DNA of 64,000 nucleotides from Alphaproteobacteria bacterium (GTDB lineage: Bacteria; Bacteroidota; Bacteroidia; Chitinophagales; Chitinophagaceae). The notes below the pieces were generated by a model that was not told where the DNA came from, searched no databases, and was given only the letters and a program-made list of their open reading frames with translations. The stretch covers positions 8,779-72,778 of the forward strand of contig JASGCT010000003.1 of assembly GCA_030053915.1 (NCBI GenBank), in the 5' to 3' direction. A program made the position numbers and the translations under genes. Shown here in pieces: positions 38,025 to 47,826 of the stretch. Positions within the stretch are counted from its first letter, which is position 1, and the number at the start of each line of letters is the position of its first letter.

Positions 38025-39073
38025 AATTTATATATATATATATTAAAATAGTATTTATAAAATTAACTAATTGGGAATATTGGCCAAGATGGATTGTTTA
38101 TTTTTTTAGCGCTTTTTATTATACGTGGCTGGTGATAAAATCTAAACGTATTTTCTTTTTAAGCGCTTCTAACCCAAGTATTTATACTGGAGGTATGTTT
38201 GGAGAATCTAAATTTGACCTCTATAATATGATGCCTAAAGAATGGCAACCTCTCACTCTTTTAATAACCGAAAACACGAGTTTTGACGCGTTAAAAAATT
38301 TAATAGTAAACCACAAATTAAATTATCCAATTATTGCTAAACCAGATAAAGGTGGCATGGGCTGGGAAGTAGAAAAAATAGCAAATGAATCAGATTTAAA
38401 AAACTATTACAATAAACACCGATTAGATTTTGTTATTCAAGAGTATATTAAGTTGCCAAATGAATACGGTGTTTTTTACATAAAATTACCTAATAAAAAT
38501 GAAGGATTTATTAGTTCTATTACTCAAAAAATTCCTTTAGTTGTAATAGGCGATGGAATCAATACTTTAGAAGATCTAATTATAAATAACAACCGTGCAG
38601 TTATTCAATACTTTAATTTAAAAAAAATCTTTAGGAATCAATGGCATCATATTATTAGCAACAATCAAACCATTGTGTTAAATAGTATTGGAAATCATGC
38701 AAAGGGTGCCATATTTTTAAATGCCACATGCCAAAGTACTCCGGAATTGCAAGCGCAATTTTCGAGATTGTTTTCAGAAATGAATCAAGTTAATTTTGCA
38801 CGGTTAGACGTAAAATGTAATAATTTACATGAACTAGCACAAGGCATTCACTTTAAAATTATAGAAATTAATGGTGCAGGCAGTGTCCCCACCCATATTT
38901 ATCACCCTGGATTTTCATTTTGGCAAGGACAAAAAGTACTTCTTGAACATCTTAGTTATCTTTATAAAATTTCTATGTATAATATTAAAAATAAAGTACC
39001 AACCCTAACCCTTAAAATGTTTTTTGAAATTTCCAAAAATGATGCAATATATCGTAAAAAAGTATTAAAATGA
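38021..39073 (+). CDS. ATP-grasp-like protein with N-terminal hydrophobic segment
   Basis: 350 aa with IIAKPDKGGMGWEV, VIQEYIKLPNEYGVFY and FARLDVK…IIEINGAGS. It overlaps the NRDE gene by 4 bp. Confidence 0.5.
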   Translation: MKFIYIYIKIVFIKLTNWEYWPRWIVYFFSAFYYTWLVIKSKRIFFLSASNPSIYTGGMFGESKFDLYNMMPKEWQPLTLLITENTSFDALKNLIVNHKLNYPIIAKPDKGGMGWEVEKIANESDLKNYYNKHRLDFVIQEYIKLPNEYGVFYIKLPNKNEGFISSITQKIPLVVIGDGINTLEDLIINNNRAVIQYFNLKKIFRNQWHHIISNNQTIVLNSIGNHAKGAIFLNATCQSTPELQAQFSRLFSEMNQVNFARLDVKCNNLHELAQGIHFKIIEINGAGSVPTHIYHPGFSFWQGQKVLLEHLSYLYKISMYNIKNKVPTLTLKMFFEISKNDAIYRKKVLK

Positions 39074-39675
39074 AAACATATTTAGGCGTTTTAGTTGGAT
39101 TGTATGGCTATTTAATTCCATCTACAATAACCCTTAGTTTTATTGAATTAAAGCGTATAAATAATAATAATAGATATACGTTATTTTTTATAAATGCTAT
39201 TTTGATGGAGTTTATTTATAGTTTTTTAATTTTAAACTTTATCTATTTCCTTAAAGAATTATCGTGGATCGATATGATAGTTAAATTTACGATAATTGTC
39301 TTATGTTTTGGAATGTTTATATGGACATGTATAGAAATTAAAATGATTAAACCCAAATCTTCGCCGTATAAAGATGCAGAATCTATTATTCGACGAGGAT
39401 ATTTTTGGAGTTACTGCCATCCTCAACAATTTGGATATTATATTATTGTAGGTGAGTTATTTGTACAAGAAAAATGGTTATCTTTGTCTATAAATTCAAT
39501 CACTGCGTTTTGCATTTTTACCTGTTTAGGAAGTGCTTTGGCTTTTTTGCTATATTCGTTTGTAGGGAAAAAAATTGTCGATATGTTTTCAATCAATTCA
39601 GCTATAACCAACAAAATAATTGCTATAAGTTATTTATTAACCGCCATTTGGGTTCTTTATGTGTTTATATTGTAA
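39070..39675 (+). CDS. integral membrane protein (about 6 TM), function unknown
   Basis: 201 aa, hydrophobic throughout, with a 4-bp overlap with the preceding gene. Confidence 0.4.
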   Translation: MKTYLGVLVGLYGYLIPSTITLSFIELKRINNNNRYTLFFINAILMEFIYSFLILNFIYFLKELSWIDMIVKFTIIVLCFGMFIWTCIEIKMIKPKSSPYKDAESIIRRGYFWSYCHPQQFGYYIIVGELFVQEKWLSLSINSITAFCIFTCLGSALAFLLYSFVGKKIVDMFSINSAITNKIIAISYLLTAIWVLYVFIL

Positions 39676-39819
39676 CTTCTTTAAATATAAATAAGGTTTT
39701 AATTAGCTTTTTTGATGTTATTTGCCAGAATTTGTATTCAATTTTTACGTTGAGATTTAAATTTTTATGCCTTTCAATAAATATTTTTTAATTTTTTTTT
39801 ATAATAAGGTTATTTTATT

Positions 39820-39827
39820 TAACTTTG
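39820..39827 (+). promoter_or_regulatory. -7 box TAACTTTG for the SDR gene
   Basis: Matches TAnnTTTG, 6 nt upstream of ATG 39834. Confidence 0.5.
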
Positions 39828-39833
39828 TGCATT

Positions 39834-40640
39834 ATGAATTTTTATAAAGATAAAGTTGTTGTTGTAACGGGCGGAACAGATGGTATAGGTAAAGCCTTGG
39901 TAGAAAACCTTTTACATCGTGGTGCTAAGGTTGCAACATGTGGTAGAGATCATAATAAAATACACCAATTACAGCTATCTTATTTAAAGTACCCCTTTTT
40001 TATTAAAATTTTCGATTTAAAATTTGAAGATGAATGTAATAAATTTATCAACGAAACTATTGAAATTTTTGGCACTATTGATATTTTAATTAATAATGTA
40101 GGTATCAGTAAGCGCTGTTTGTTTAAAGAAATGGATTTAAACGAATTTAAGTTAGTTTTAGACATTAATTTTTGGAGCATGGTTTATTGTACTAAAAAAT
40201 CCTTACCTTTTTTAATGAACCAAAAGGGCATTATTGTAAATATAACTTCAGTTGCTGGCTTTGCTGGAATACCAGGACGCTCTGCCTATTCGGCTTCAAA
40301 ATTTGCAATTCATGGTTTTACTGAATCGGTTGCTCACGAATTGTTAAGCGAAGATGTGCATGTTATGTGGGTAGCACCAGGTTATATTAAATCCAACATA
40401 CGAAAAAGCGATGCATTCGAGTCTTCTGATAATGATAAAAAATCACAATTAAATGAAGAGACGATGATGACTTCTGAAGATTGTGCAGAATTGATATTAA
40501 AAGGGATTATAAAGAAGCCTAAATTTATTAATATCGGTTCTCAGGCAAGAAAAGTTTTTAATTTTTCACGTTTTTTCCCTAAATGGTCAAAGTTTTTTAT
40601 TTACCGTTTTTATTATAAAAATAATAAACTTGTTAAATGA
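39834..40640 (+). CDS. SDR family oxidoreductase
   Basis: VVTGGTDGIGKA (TGxxxGxG), NNVG and YSASK (YxxxK). Start moved to ATG 39834 because the track's TTG 39825 lies inside the -7 box. Confidence 0.8.
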   Translation: MNFYKDKVVVVTGGTDGIGKALVENLLHRGAKVATCGRDHNKIHQLQLSYLKYPFFIKIFDLKFEDECNKFINETIEIFGTIDILINNVGISKRCLFKEMDLNEFKLVLDINFWSMVYCTKKSLPFLMNQKGIIVNITSVAGFAGIPGRSAYSASKFAIHGFTESVAHELLSEDVHVMWVAPGYIKSNIRKSDAFESSDNDKKSQLNEETMMTSEDCAELILKGIIKKPKFINIGSQARKVFNFSRFFPKWSKFFIYRFYYKNNKLVK

Positions 40641-41494
40641 TGAATCTGTTTACAGTTTCTTCAGACTTAGGAAGCAATAATTATTATACAGCGGTTATAA
40701 AATCAAAAATTCAAGCATTATTTACAGATTATACTGTAGAAAATTTAAACCATGAATCCAATTATTCTTTAGCGCAAACTGTTTATTTGTTTAAAAGTGC
40801 TTTAATGCATTATCCTGCGAACTCAATTCATCTTATATTAAAACAAAATTTTAGAGAATATTTGTTTTTTTATTTTGAAAATAAATCTGTAGTTTGTCCC
40901 AATAACGGGTTTATTACTCAGTTTTTTAATAGAGAAGAGTTTAAAACATGGGCAATTAAGTTACACCAACAAAAGAACTTTTTGGATGTAGTAGAATGGT
41001 TGATTAAAATATTAAAACAGAGTGCTTTAAATCCACCCAACCCTCCAAAGTTACTTCCTGAAACAAACGATTATCTTAAATTGTTTCCTAAACGCATTGG
41101 TTCTTTTAATGTTACAAATTTTGAAGTAGAAGCCTTGCACATCGATTTTAATGGACATGTTATATTTAATTTAACAGTAGATGATTTTACTAATATTGTG
41201 AAAAATAACCCCTTTGAAATCGAAGTAATTTCTAATCATATTATAAAAAAAATTTTCGAAGATTACTATGCCGCCCCTAATGACCAAATTTTTGCCTGGT
41301 TTAATCCGAGTGGGTATTTAGAATTAGGGTTAAAATCTGGAAATTTCGCTGTTTTATTTAATTTTGCAATTCCATATCAAAATAGCGAAGCCTTAGCCCA
41401 GCATGCTTTTAAAAATTTGAAAATAAAAATAAGACTTAATACACAACAACATTATACCAATAGCTTAAATAAATTAGCGAGCGAACTAAAATAA
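40637..41494 (+). CDS. SAM hydroxide adenosyltransferase (DUF62, chlorinase/fluorinase-like) family, divergent
   Basis: 285 aa. The N-terminus …TVSSDLGSNNYYTAVIKSKI and CPNNGFIT parallel the TDFG…Y.G..KG.I and PDNG motifs of the family. It shares an ATGA overlap with the SDR gene. Confidence 0.5.
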   Translation: MMNLFTVSSDLGSNNYYTAVIKSKIQALFTDYTVENLNHESNYSLAQTVYLFKSALMHYPANSIHLILKQNFREYLFFYFENKSVVCPNNGFITQFFNREEFKTWAIKLHQQKNFLDVVEWLIKILKQSALNPPNPPKLLPETNDYLKLFPKRIGSFNVTNFEVEALHIDFNGHVIFNLTVDDFTNIVKNNPFEIEVISNHIIKKIFEDYYAAPNDQIFAWFNPSGYLELGLKSGNFAVLFNFAIPYQNSEALAQHAFKNLKIKIRLNTQQHYTNSLNKLASELK

Positions 41495-41501
41495 AATTGT
41501 C

Positions 41502-43337
41502 TTATTTACATTGAGGAATAGGCTTTGTACCACCAAGCCTTATATAGGAATTATAATCAGATTCGGCATAATTTTTCTGTTTTAAAAAACAATACGCTTG
41601 ACTTCTAAAATAAAAAGCATCCTCTAAGGCATTGTTTTCTGATACTGCTTTTGTAAAATTTTTAACTGCTTCAGAATATTCTTTGGTTTGTATATGACAA
41701 ATGCCAATTTTTAAATATGCTAAATCAAATTTATTGTTTTTTTCGATAGCTTTGGCAAAATTTGTTATAGCACTACGATAATTTTTTGATTCTAAATAAC
41801 ATAGCCCTTTTAAATAATAAACTTGCGAAGAATTGGTATAATTAAATTCGATTGCTTTATCAAAATTAGTAAGGGCTTTGGCATAATTTTTTTGTTTATA
41901 AGTAGCGAGTCCTAAATTATAAAAACCATTCGCATAATTTTTTTGTAAACTGATGGTCTTTTCAAAATCGGCTTGGGCAGCATTATAATTTTCCTGAGCT
42001 AAATATACTAACCCTCTATTAGAATATAAGTCTAAATTTTTACTATCAAATTCTATGGCTTTCGACAAATCGGCAATGGCTTCTGGGTATTTTTGAGTTT
42101 TTAAATAAAGTAAACCTCTATTAAGGTAGTTTTGAGAATAATTGGGGCTTATTTCTAATGCCATACTAAAATCGTTAATAGCTTCGTCAAAATTTGAAAG
42201 TTCGGTATTTGAAAGCCCACGATAGTTATAAGCAATAGAATCTTTGGGGTCAATTTCAATTGTTTTAGTTAGATTTTGTATAGCCTTATAATATTCCTCT
42301 AAATTAAAAAAAGCAATGCCTCTTTGTAGAAATGCGTCTTTAAATTCTTTACTGTGTTCAATGGCTTTATTGAATTGTAAAATAGCGTCTAAATAGCCTC
42401 TTAATTGTATGTTTGCTAAACCGTTATAAAAATAATATTGGCTATCCTTAGGGTTATAATCAATTGCTTTATTAAAGTATTCTTTTGAACGTCTAAAATC
42501 ATTTAATTTAAAAAAGCACACACCTTTATAAAATAATGCCACATCATTCTTGTCTTTGATATCTAAAACATCATTAAAATCGTTTAATCCTTTGTTAAAA
42601 TCATGTAATGCAACGTAAGTTTTTCCACGATTGATTAAAAAACTTATATTCTTAGGATTGGCTTTAATTAAAGTAGAAAAATCGTTTAGGGCATTAATAT
42701 ATTCCTTTTTGTGGAAATAAATTAAGCCTCTTAATTCAATAAATTTTGGATTATTAGGCTCTTTTTTAAGTATTTTTGTTAAATCGGCAACAGCCAAGTT
42801 TGTTTCATCTAATTCTACATAAGTGCGTCCTCGATTGTAATAATAATAAAGATTATCAGGGTCGATATCTAAGGCTTCAGTAAAATCACTAATAGCCTCT
42901 TGATATTGACTAAGTTCAAAATTAGCTTTTCCACGATTGTAAAAAGAGGAACTTTCACTTGGTAAAAGTTTAACGGCAAGATTAAAATCTTCTAAGGCTT
43001 TTTCAAAATTATTTATTGCCATATAAGCAATACCTCTACTTAAATAGGCGGGCCCATATTTTTTGTTAGAACCAATTGCATCGGTATAATCAGCAATAGC
43101 CTTATTAAATTCTAAAATATCATAATAGACATTACCACGGCTATGGTACGCTTTATAATCGTTTAAATTCAATGAAATTGCTTTAGAATACGTTTCAATG
43201 GCTTTAGCGTAGTCTTTCATTTCGTAAAACTTATTACCTCTATTAAATTGAGTTATCTCACGATTGGTTTTAGAAATTTGTGCATTTAATAGGATGCTCA
43301 TATAAAAAAACACAAAAAGAATCTTTAATTTTTTCAT
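41502..43337 (-). CDS. tetratricopeptide-repeat protein (about 16 TPR units), secreted
   Basis: 611 aa with a signal peptide, then continuous 34-aa repeats (…A..D…AI.L.P….AY..RG..Y…). Confidence 0.8.
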   Translation of the reverse strand: MKKLKILFVFFYMSILLNAQISKTNREITQFNRGNKFYEMKDYAKAIETYSKAISLNLNDYKAYHSRGNVYYDILEFNKAIADYTDAIGSNKKYGPAYLSRGIAYMAINNFEKALEDFNLAVKLLPSESSSFYNRGKANFELSQYQEAISDFTEALDIDPDNLYYYYNRGRTYVELDETNLAVADLTKILKKEPNNPKFIELRGLIYFHKKEYINALNDFSTLIKANPKNISFLINRGKTYVALHDFNKGLNDFNDVLDIKDKNDVALFYKGVCFFKLNDFRRSKEYFNKAIDYNPKDSQYYFYNGLANIQLRGYLDAILQFNKAIEHSKEFKDAFLQRGIAFFNLEEYYKAIQNLTKTIEIDPKDSIAYNYRGLSNTELSNFDEAINDFSMALEISPNYSQNYLNRGLLYLKTQKYPEAIADLSKAIEFDSKNLDLYSNRGLVYLAQENYNAAQADFEKTISLQKNYANGFYNLGLATYKQKNYAKALTNFDKAIEFNYTNSSQVYYLKGLCYLESKNYRSAITNFAKAIEKNNKFDLAYLKIGICHIQTKEYSEAVKNFTKAVSENNALEDAFYFRSQAYCFLKQKNYAESDYNSYIRLGGTKPIPQCK

Positions 43338-43939
43338 TTACAATAAAGTATTTTATTTTTATAACCTTTTATGGCGGCGTACTGTTCTAAATATATTAAA
43401 GCTGTTTCTTTAAAATTTAGCTCGCATAAACTTAATCCTAAATTTAAGTAGGCATCTGTTTTATCGGGGTCTAAATCTATAACATTTTTAAAATCTTTAA
43501 TAGCCTCGTTAAATTGGTCAGTTTTAAAATAACTATAACCACGCATATAATAAAGTTCACTGTTATTATCAACTAATTTTATGGCATTATTTAAATGAAT
43601 TATAGCAGTTGGGTATGATTTTTCAATATAATAAATTTTGCCCAGTTGATAATAGGCTAAGGCATATTCTGGGTCTAATTCAGTAACTTTTAAAAAATCA
43701 TAAACAGCTTTGTCATAAGTTTTTTTTGCCATATAAGCACTTCCTCTAAAATAAAGTGCAGACAAATAATCTGGTCTTATTTTTAGGGCTTTGGTAAAAT
43801 TTTCTACAGCATTTTTGTAATTTTTATTTTGAAAACTTTTAACGCCTTTATCATAAAAAGATTCTGGATTATTTTGAGAGAAGCCAAAATATCCCAAAAC
43901 AAAACCCAAAATATAACTAAAAGCAATTCTTTTTAACAT
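43334..43939 (-). CDS. tetratricopeptide-repeat protein
   Basis: 201 aa with a signal peptide and about 4 TPR units. It overlaps the downstream TPR gene by 4 bp. Confidence 0.75.
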   Translation of the reverse strand: MLKRIAFSYILGFVLGYFGFSQNNPESFYDKGVKSFQNKNYKNAVENFTKALKIRPDYLSALYFRGSAYMAKKTYDKAVYDFLKVTELDPEYALAYYQLGKIYYIEKSYPTAIIHLNNAIKLVDNNSELYYMRGYSYFKTDQFNEAIKDFKNVIDLDPDKTDAYLNLGLSLCELNFKETALIYLEQYAAIKGYKNKILYCK

Positions 43940-43955
43940 ATTTTAAAGCAGTTTG

Positions 43956-43963
43956 CAAAGTTA
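43956..43963 (-). promoter_or_regulatory. -7 box TAACTTTG for the TPR gene pair
   Basis: Matches TAnnTTTG on the minus strand, 16 nt upstream of start 43939. Confidence 0.5.
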
Positions 43964-44315
43964 CTAAATAATTTTCATTTTATTGTTTTTTTTTAAAATT
44001 ATATCAAAATGGCTTAAGAAAGGTTGATATACAAAAATTTTATATCATTTAATGGATAAATTATAAAGATAGTATTGATACAGAATAATATTATAAAAAA
44101 TTAATGCATGTTCCCCAGTCTTAAACTGATAGGAAATGCGTTTAGAAGTAGAATACCTACCTTTAAAAGAACTGCAAAATTTTATTTCAACAATCATTAG
44201 GAATTTAATAATTTTAAAAGTAGAATTTACATTAAAATTGTACTGAAAATAATTATAAATCGGACATTTTTATGTATAATTAGAAAATATTTTAAAATAA
44301 TATTCTAAAATATTG

Positions 44316-44323
44316 TATATTTG
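44316..44323 (+). promoter_or_regulatory. -7 box TATATTTG for the MFS transporter
   Basis: Matches TAnnTTTG, 18 nt upstream of ATG 44342. Confidence 0.5.
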
Positions 44324-44341
44324 TTCTTATTCAAATTTCTT

Positions 44342-45634
44342 ATGTATTCTAATAAGTCTAACAAATTGTGGTCTGCACCGGTTATCGTATCATCCTTAGG
44401 GTATTTTGTAGATATTTACGACATTTTAATTTTTAATATTGTAAGAGTTAAAAGTATTTTAGAGCTAAACGGGCAGAATCACTCTCATGAAATTGCCGAT
44501 AGTGCATCCGTTTTAAATTATCAAATGTTTGGTATGTTATTAGGCGGTATTCTCTGGGGAATTTTAGGCGATAAAAAAGGCCGTATCAAAATTTTATTAG
44601 GGTCTATTTTAGTATATTCATTAGCTAATTTTGCCACTGCTTATATTCAAACAATCGACCAATATAAATGGATGCGTTTTATTACGGGCATTGGATTGGC
44701 AGGCGAATTAGGAGCGGGAATAACATTAGTTTCAGAACATTTACCTAAAAAATTAAGAGGTATTGGCACCTCTATTATTGCAGGCTCAGGTATTTTGGGG
44801 TGTGTATTAGTATATTTTGTTTATAATCATGTTACAATGAATAACTGGCGCTTAACTTATCAAATTGGAGGAATCTTAGGCATCGTTTTACTATTACTTA
44901 GAATAAAATTAAACGAGTCGCATCATTATGAAGTGTTAAAATCGCAACCGCATATTCCTAAGGGAAATTTTTTCCAATTTTTTGTTAGCTTTTCAAGATT
45001 TAAAAAATATCTTTTCGGTATCCTAATTGGGTTTCCAGCTTGGTTTACAATTGGTATTCTTATAAATTATAGTAATAAAATAGCTATTGCTCATAATGAA
45101 ACTTCAACCTCGGTTAACCCTGGTAAATGTGTTATGATTTGTTATTTATTTTTGGCAATTGGGGATTTTTTAATGGGTTTTATCTGCCGTTGGCTAAAAA
45201 GTAGAAAAAAAGCCCTATTTCTTTACTATGTTGCAAATATTATTTGTATTGGTTTATTTTTGAGTCCTTTTAATAATTCTGCTGATAAATCGTACTTTTT
45301 ATCTGGTTTGTTAGGATTAACCACGGGTTTTTGGGCAATATTTATAACAATGGCTGCTGAACAATTTGGTACAAATCTTAGAGCTACTGCCGCCATTACT
45401 ATTCCCAACATGGTAAGAGGCTCTATTTATTTGTTTAATTTCTTATTTATTACCTTATTTCAACAAACCTACCACTACAATTTTATCCCAAGTATTGTCT
45501 ATACGGGCATTATAGTTTATGCAATAACTTTAGTTGCCTTTATTTTTATTAAGGAAACCTATCATAAAGACTTAAATTATATAGAATATACGTCTAAAGG
45601 CGTGCATTATGAAGAAAAATTAGATTTGACTTAA
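44342..45634 (+). CDS. MFS transporter
   Basis: 12-TM layout with the GDKKGR loop motif. Start moved to ATG 44342 because the track's TTG 44321 overlaps the -7 box. Confidence 0.7.
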   Translation: MYSNKSNKLWSAPVIVSSLGYFVDIYDILIFNIVRVKSILELNGQNHSHEIADSASVLNYQMFGMLLGGILWGILGDKKGRIKILLGSILVYSLANFATAYIQTIDQYKWMRFITGIGLAGELGAGITLVSEHLPKKLRGIGTSIIAGSGILGCVLVYFVYNHVTMNNWRLTYQIGGILGIVLLLLRIKLNESHHYEVLKSQPHIPKGNFFQFFVSFSRFKKYLFGILIGFPAWFTIGILINYSNKIAIAHNETSTSVNPGKCVMICYLFLAIGDFLMGFICRWLKSRKKALFLYYVANIICIGLFLSPFNNSADKSYFLSGLLGLTTGFWAIFITMAAEQFGTNLRATAAITIPNMVRGSIYLFNFLFITLFQQTYHYNFIPSIVYTGIIVYAITLVAFIFIKETYHKDLNYIEYTSKGVHYEEKLDLT

Positions 45635-45639
45635 TCTTT

Positions 45640-46371
45640 TTATTGAATTATTGTATAGGCAATTGTAGCAATATTCACTGAAGATGCCATACCTTTAAAC
45701 AATTGAATTGCAGAGGCTTCCAAAGTAGCACCGGTCGTTATAATATCATCTATCAACAATACATGTTTCCCTTCTAAATCATTATTTTGAATTGCAAAGG
45801 CTTCAGACATATTTTGCCACCGATTGACTCGATTTTCTTTGGTTTGAGTTGTTGTTTTATGGATCCGAACTAAAGTTGTATTATTAATAGGAATTGGCCA
45901 GGTTTCTTGAATCCCATTACAAATTGTTTCGGCTTGGTTGTAACCTCTTTGAAATTGCTTTTCGGGGTGTAGGGGCAAAGGTACTAAATAATCGATATGT
46001 TGATATAATGTGGACTGTTTTAATTCTAATCCCAATAAACGTCCTAATGTTATACCAATCTCTGGTTTGTTTTTATATTTAAGATTAAAAATTAAATGTT
46101 GCAACAGCGATTGTTTTGTAAAATAAAAAAGTGCTGCGGCTTTGGTTACAGGAGCACGTCCCCAAAATATTTGTTCAACTAAATTTTGTGGTTGATTAAA
46201 ATAGCCAGTTTTGGGTAATTTTTGTAAACAGTCAAAACAAAGATTTTGATTGGTAGGGATGACGTCAAAGCCGCAACCAATACATATTTCAGGGTAAAAC
46301 AAACGATTAAAACTCTCTCGAATGGGATTTAAAATATGGGTAGAAAATGGATTATGCCAAGTACAAATCAT
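45640..46371 (-). CDS. comF: ComF family protein (phosphoribosyltransferase domain)
   Basis: 243 aa with an N-terminal Cys cluster (CIGCG…CFDC) and the PRT motif VLLIDDIITTGATL. It overlaps radA by 4 bp. Confidence 0.75.
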   Translation of the reverse strand: MICTWHNPFSTHILNPIRESFNRLFYPEICIGCGFDVIPTNQNLCFDCLQKLPKTGYFNQPQNLVEQIFWGRAPVTKAAALFYFTKQSLLQHLIFNLKYKNKPEIGITLGRLLGLELKQSTLYQHIDYLVPLPLHPEKQFQRGYNQAETICNGIQETWPIPINNTTLVRIHKTTTQTKENRVNRWQNMSEAFAIQNNDLEGKHVLLIDDIITTGATLEASAIQLFKGMASSVNIATIAYTIIQ

Positions 46372-47744
46372 ACAAAAAATTTTTTGTATAATTCTTCAAC
46401 TTTATATAAAGACACGATCTCGATATTCGTTTTTAAATTTTTTGCATTAGGCGCATTATAGCCAGAAATAATTATTTTTTCGAATCCAAGTTTATCGGCT
46501 TCTTTAATACGGGTTTCAATTTTAGTAACACCTCTAATTTCACCATTAAGTCCTACTTCACCTGCAAAACAAATTTTTGGGGATAAAGCGATATCTTGAA
46601 AGGAAGATAACAAAGCACAAACTAAGGCTAAATCTAACGAGGGGTCTTCTAAGCGAATGCCACCGGCAATATTGATAAAAACATCTTTATTCCCAAACAA
46701 AAATCCACCTCGTTTTTCTAAAACTGCAAGAAGTATTTGTAATCGTCTTAGGTCAATTCCTGTTACTGTGCGTTGGGGTGTGCTATAAATAGTTTGCGAA
46801 ACAAGAGCTTGGGTTTCAACTAATAAAGGACGCATACCTTCCATTGTAGCTGCAATCGTGCTGCCACTAAGGGCTTCTGGCTTTTGGGTAATTAATAATT
46901 CTGATGGATTATCAACTTGTTTTAAACCGTTATGAAGCATTTCGTAAATACCCAATTCAGCCGCATTGCCAAAGCGATTTTTTAATGTTCTAAGTATGCG
47001 ATATGAATAATGACGGTCTCCTTCAAATTGCAATACCGTATCAACAATATGTTCTAATATTTTTGGTCCGGCAATACTACCGTCCTTTGTAATATGACCT
47101 ATTAAGAATATAGGTACATGCGTTTCTTTGGCTAAACGTTGAAATTCTGCGGCTGTTTGTCGAATTTGCGAAACTGAACCCTGGGGTGATTCTATTAAAA
47201 TACTGTGCATTGTTTGAATAGAGTCTATAATTATCAATTCGGGTTCAATAAGACTTATTTGTTTAAAAATCTTTTGAGTATTGGTTTCGGTTAGAATATA
47301 GAGTTGTTCGTTATAAAATGCGATTCTTTCAGCACGCATTTTAATTTGAGTTTCGCTTTCTTCGCCACTTACATATAATATTTTTCGGGGGCTTAACGAT
47401 AAGGCTAATTGTAAAAAAAGGGTACTTTTTCCAATACCTGGTTCGCCGCCTACTAATACTAAACTTCCCGAAACAATACCGCCCCCCAATACTCTATTAA
47501 GTTCATTATCTATCGAAAGAATTCTAACGTCTTTAGAAGACTTGATATTTTTGAGCGTTAAGGCGGTTTTAGATTCATAATTTTGATTAAGTAGATAGTT
47601 TAAATCTTCGTTGGAAGTATTATTTTTATTTATTATTTCTTCGGTAAAAGTATTCCATTCAAGACAGGTTGGGCATTTTCCAAGCCATTTTGAAGACTCA
47701 TAACCGCAGTTGCTGCAAAAAAATGCTGATTTTATTTTTGCCAT
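46368..47744 (-). CDS. radA: DNA repair protein RadA/Sms
   Basis: 458 aa with a zinc finger CSNCGYESSKWLGKCPTC, Walker A GEPGIGKST, KNRFG, and a Lon-like C-terminal domain. Confidence 0.92.
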   Translation of the reverse strand: MAKIKSAFFCSNCGYESSKWLGKCPTCLEWNTFTEEIINKNNTSNEDLNYLLNQNYESKTALTLKNIKSSKDVRILSIDNELNRVLGGGIVSGSLVLVGGEPGIGKSTLFLQLALSLSPRKILYVSGEESETQIKMRAERIAFYNEQLYILTETNTQKIFKQISLIEPELIIIDSIQTMHSILIESPQGSVSQIRQTAAEFQRLAKETHVPIFLIGHITKDGSIAGPKILEHIVDTVLQFEGDRHYSYRILRTLKNRFGNAAELGIYEMLHNGLKQVDNPSELLITQKPEALSGSTIAATMEGMRPLLVETQALVSQTIYSTPQRTVTGIDLRRLQILLAVLEKRGGFLFGNKDVFINIAGGIRLEDPSLDLALVCALLSSFQDIALSPKICFAGEVGLNGEIRGVTKIETRIKEADKLGFEKIIISGYNAPNAKNLKTNIEIVSLYKVEELYKKFFV

Positions 47745-47826
47745 TTTTGAGTTCGATTTTTCATTTTTTTTAAATATTTATGATAAGAGGGATTCGTTTT
47801 TTTAAGTAATGATATAATTATAATTA

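Noticed and set aside
43964-44315. An unusually long non-coding gap of about 350 bp upstream of the MFS transporter, examined for a riboswitch or sRNA.
   Set aside because: It is very AT-rich. I could find no conserved riboswitch core, stable stems or terminator-like structure by eye. It remains uncalled, and a covariance-model scan (Rfam) would be the decisive test.
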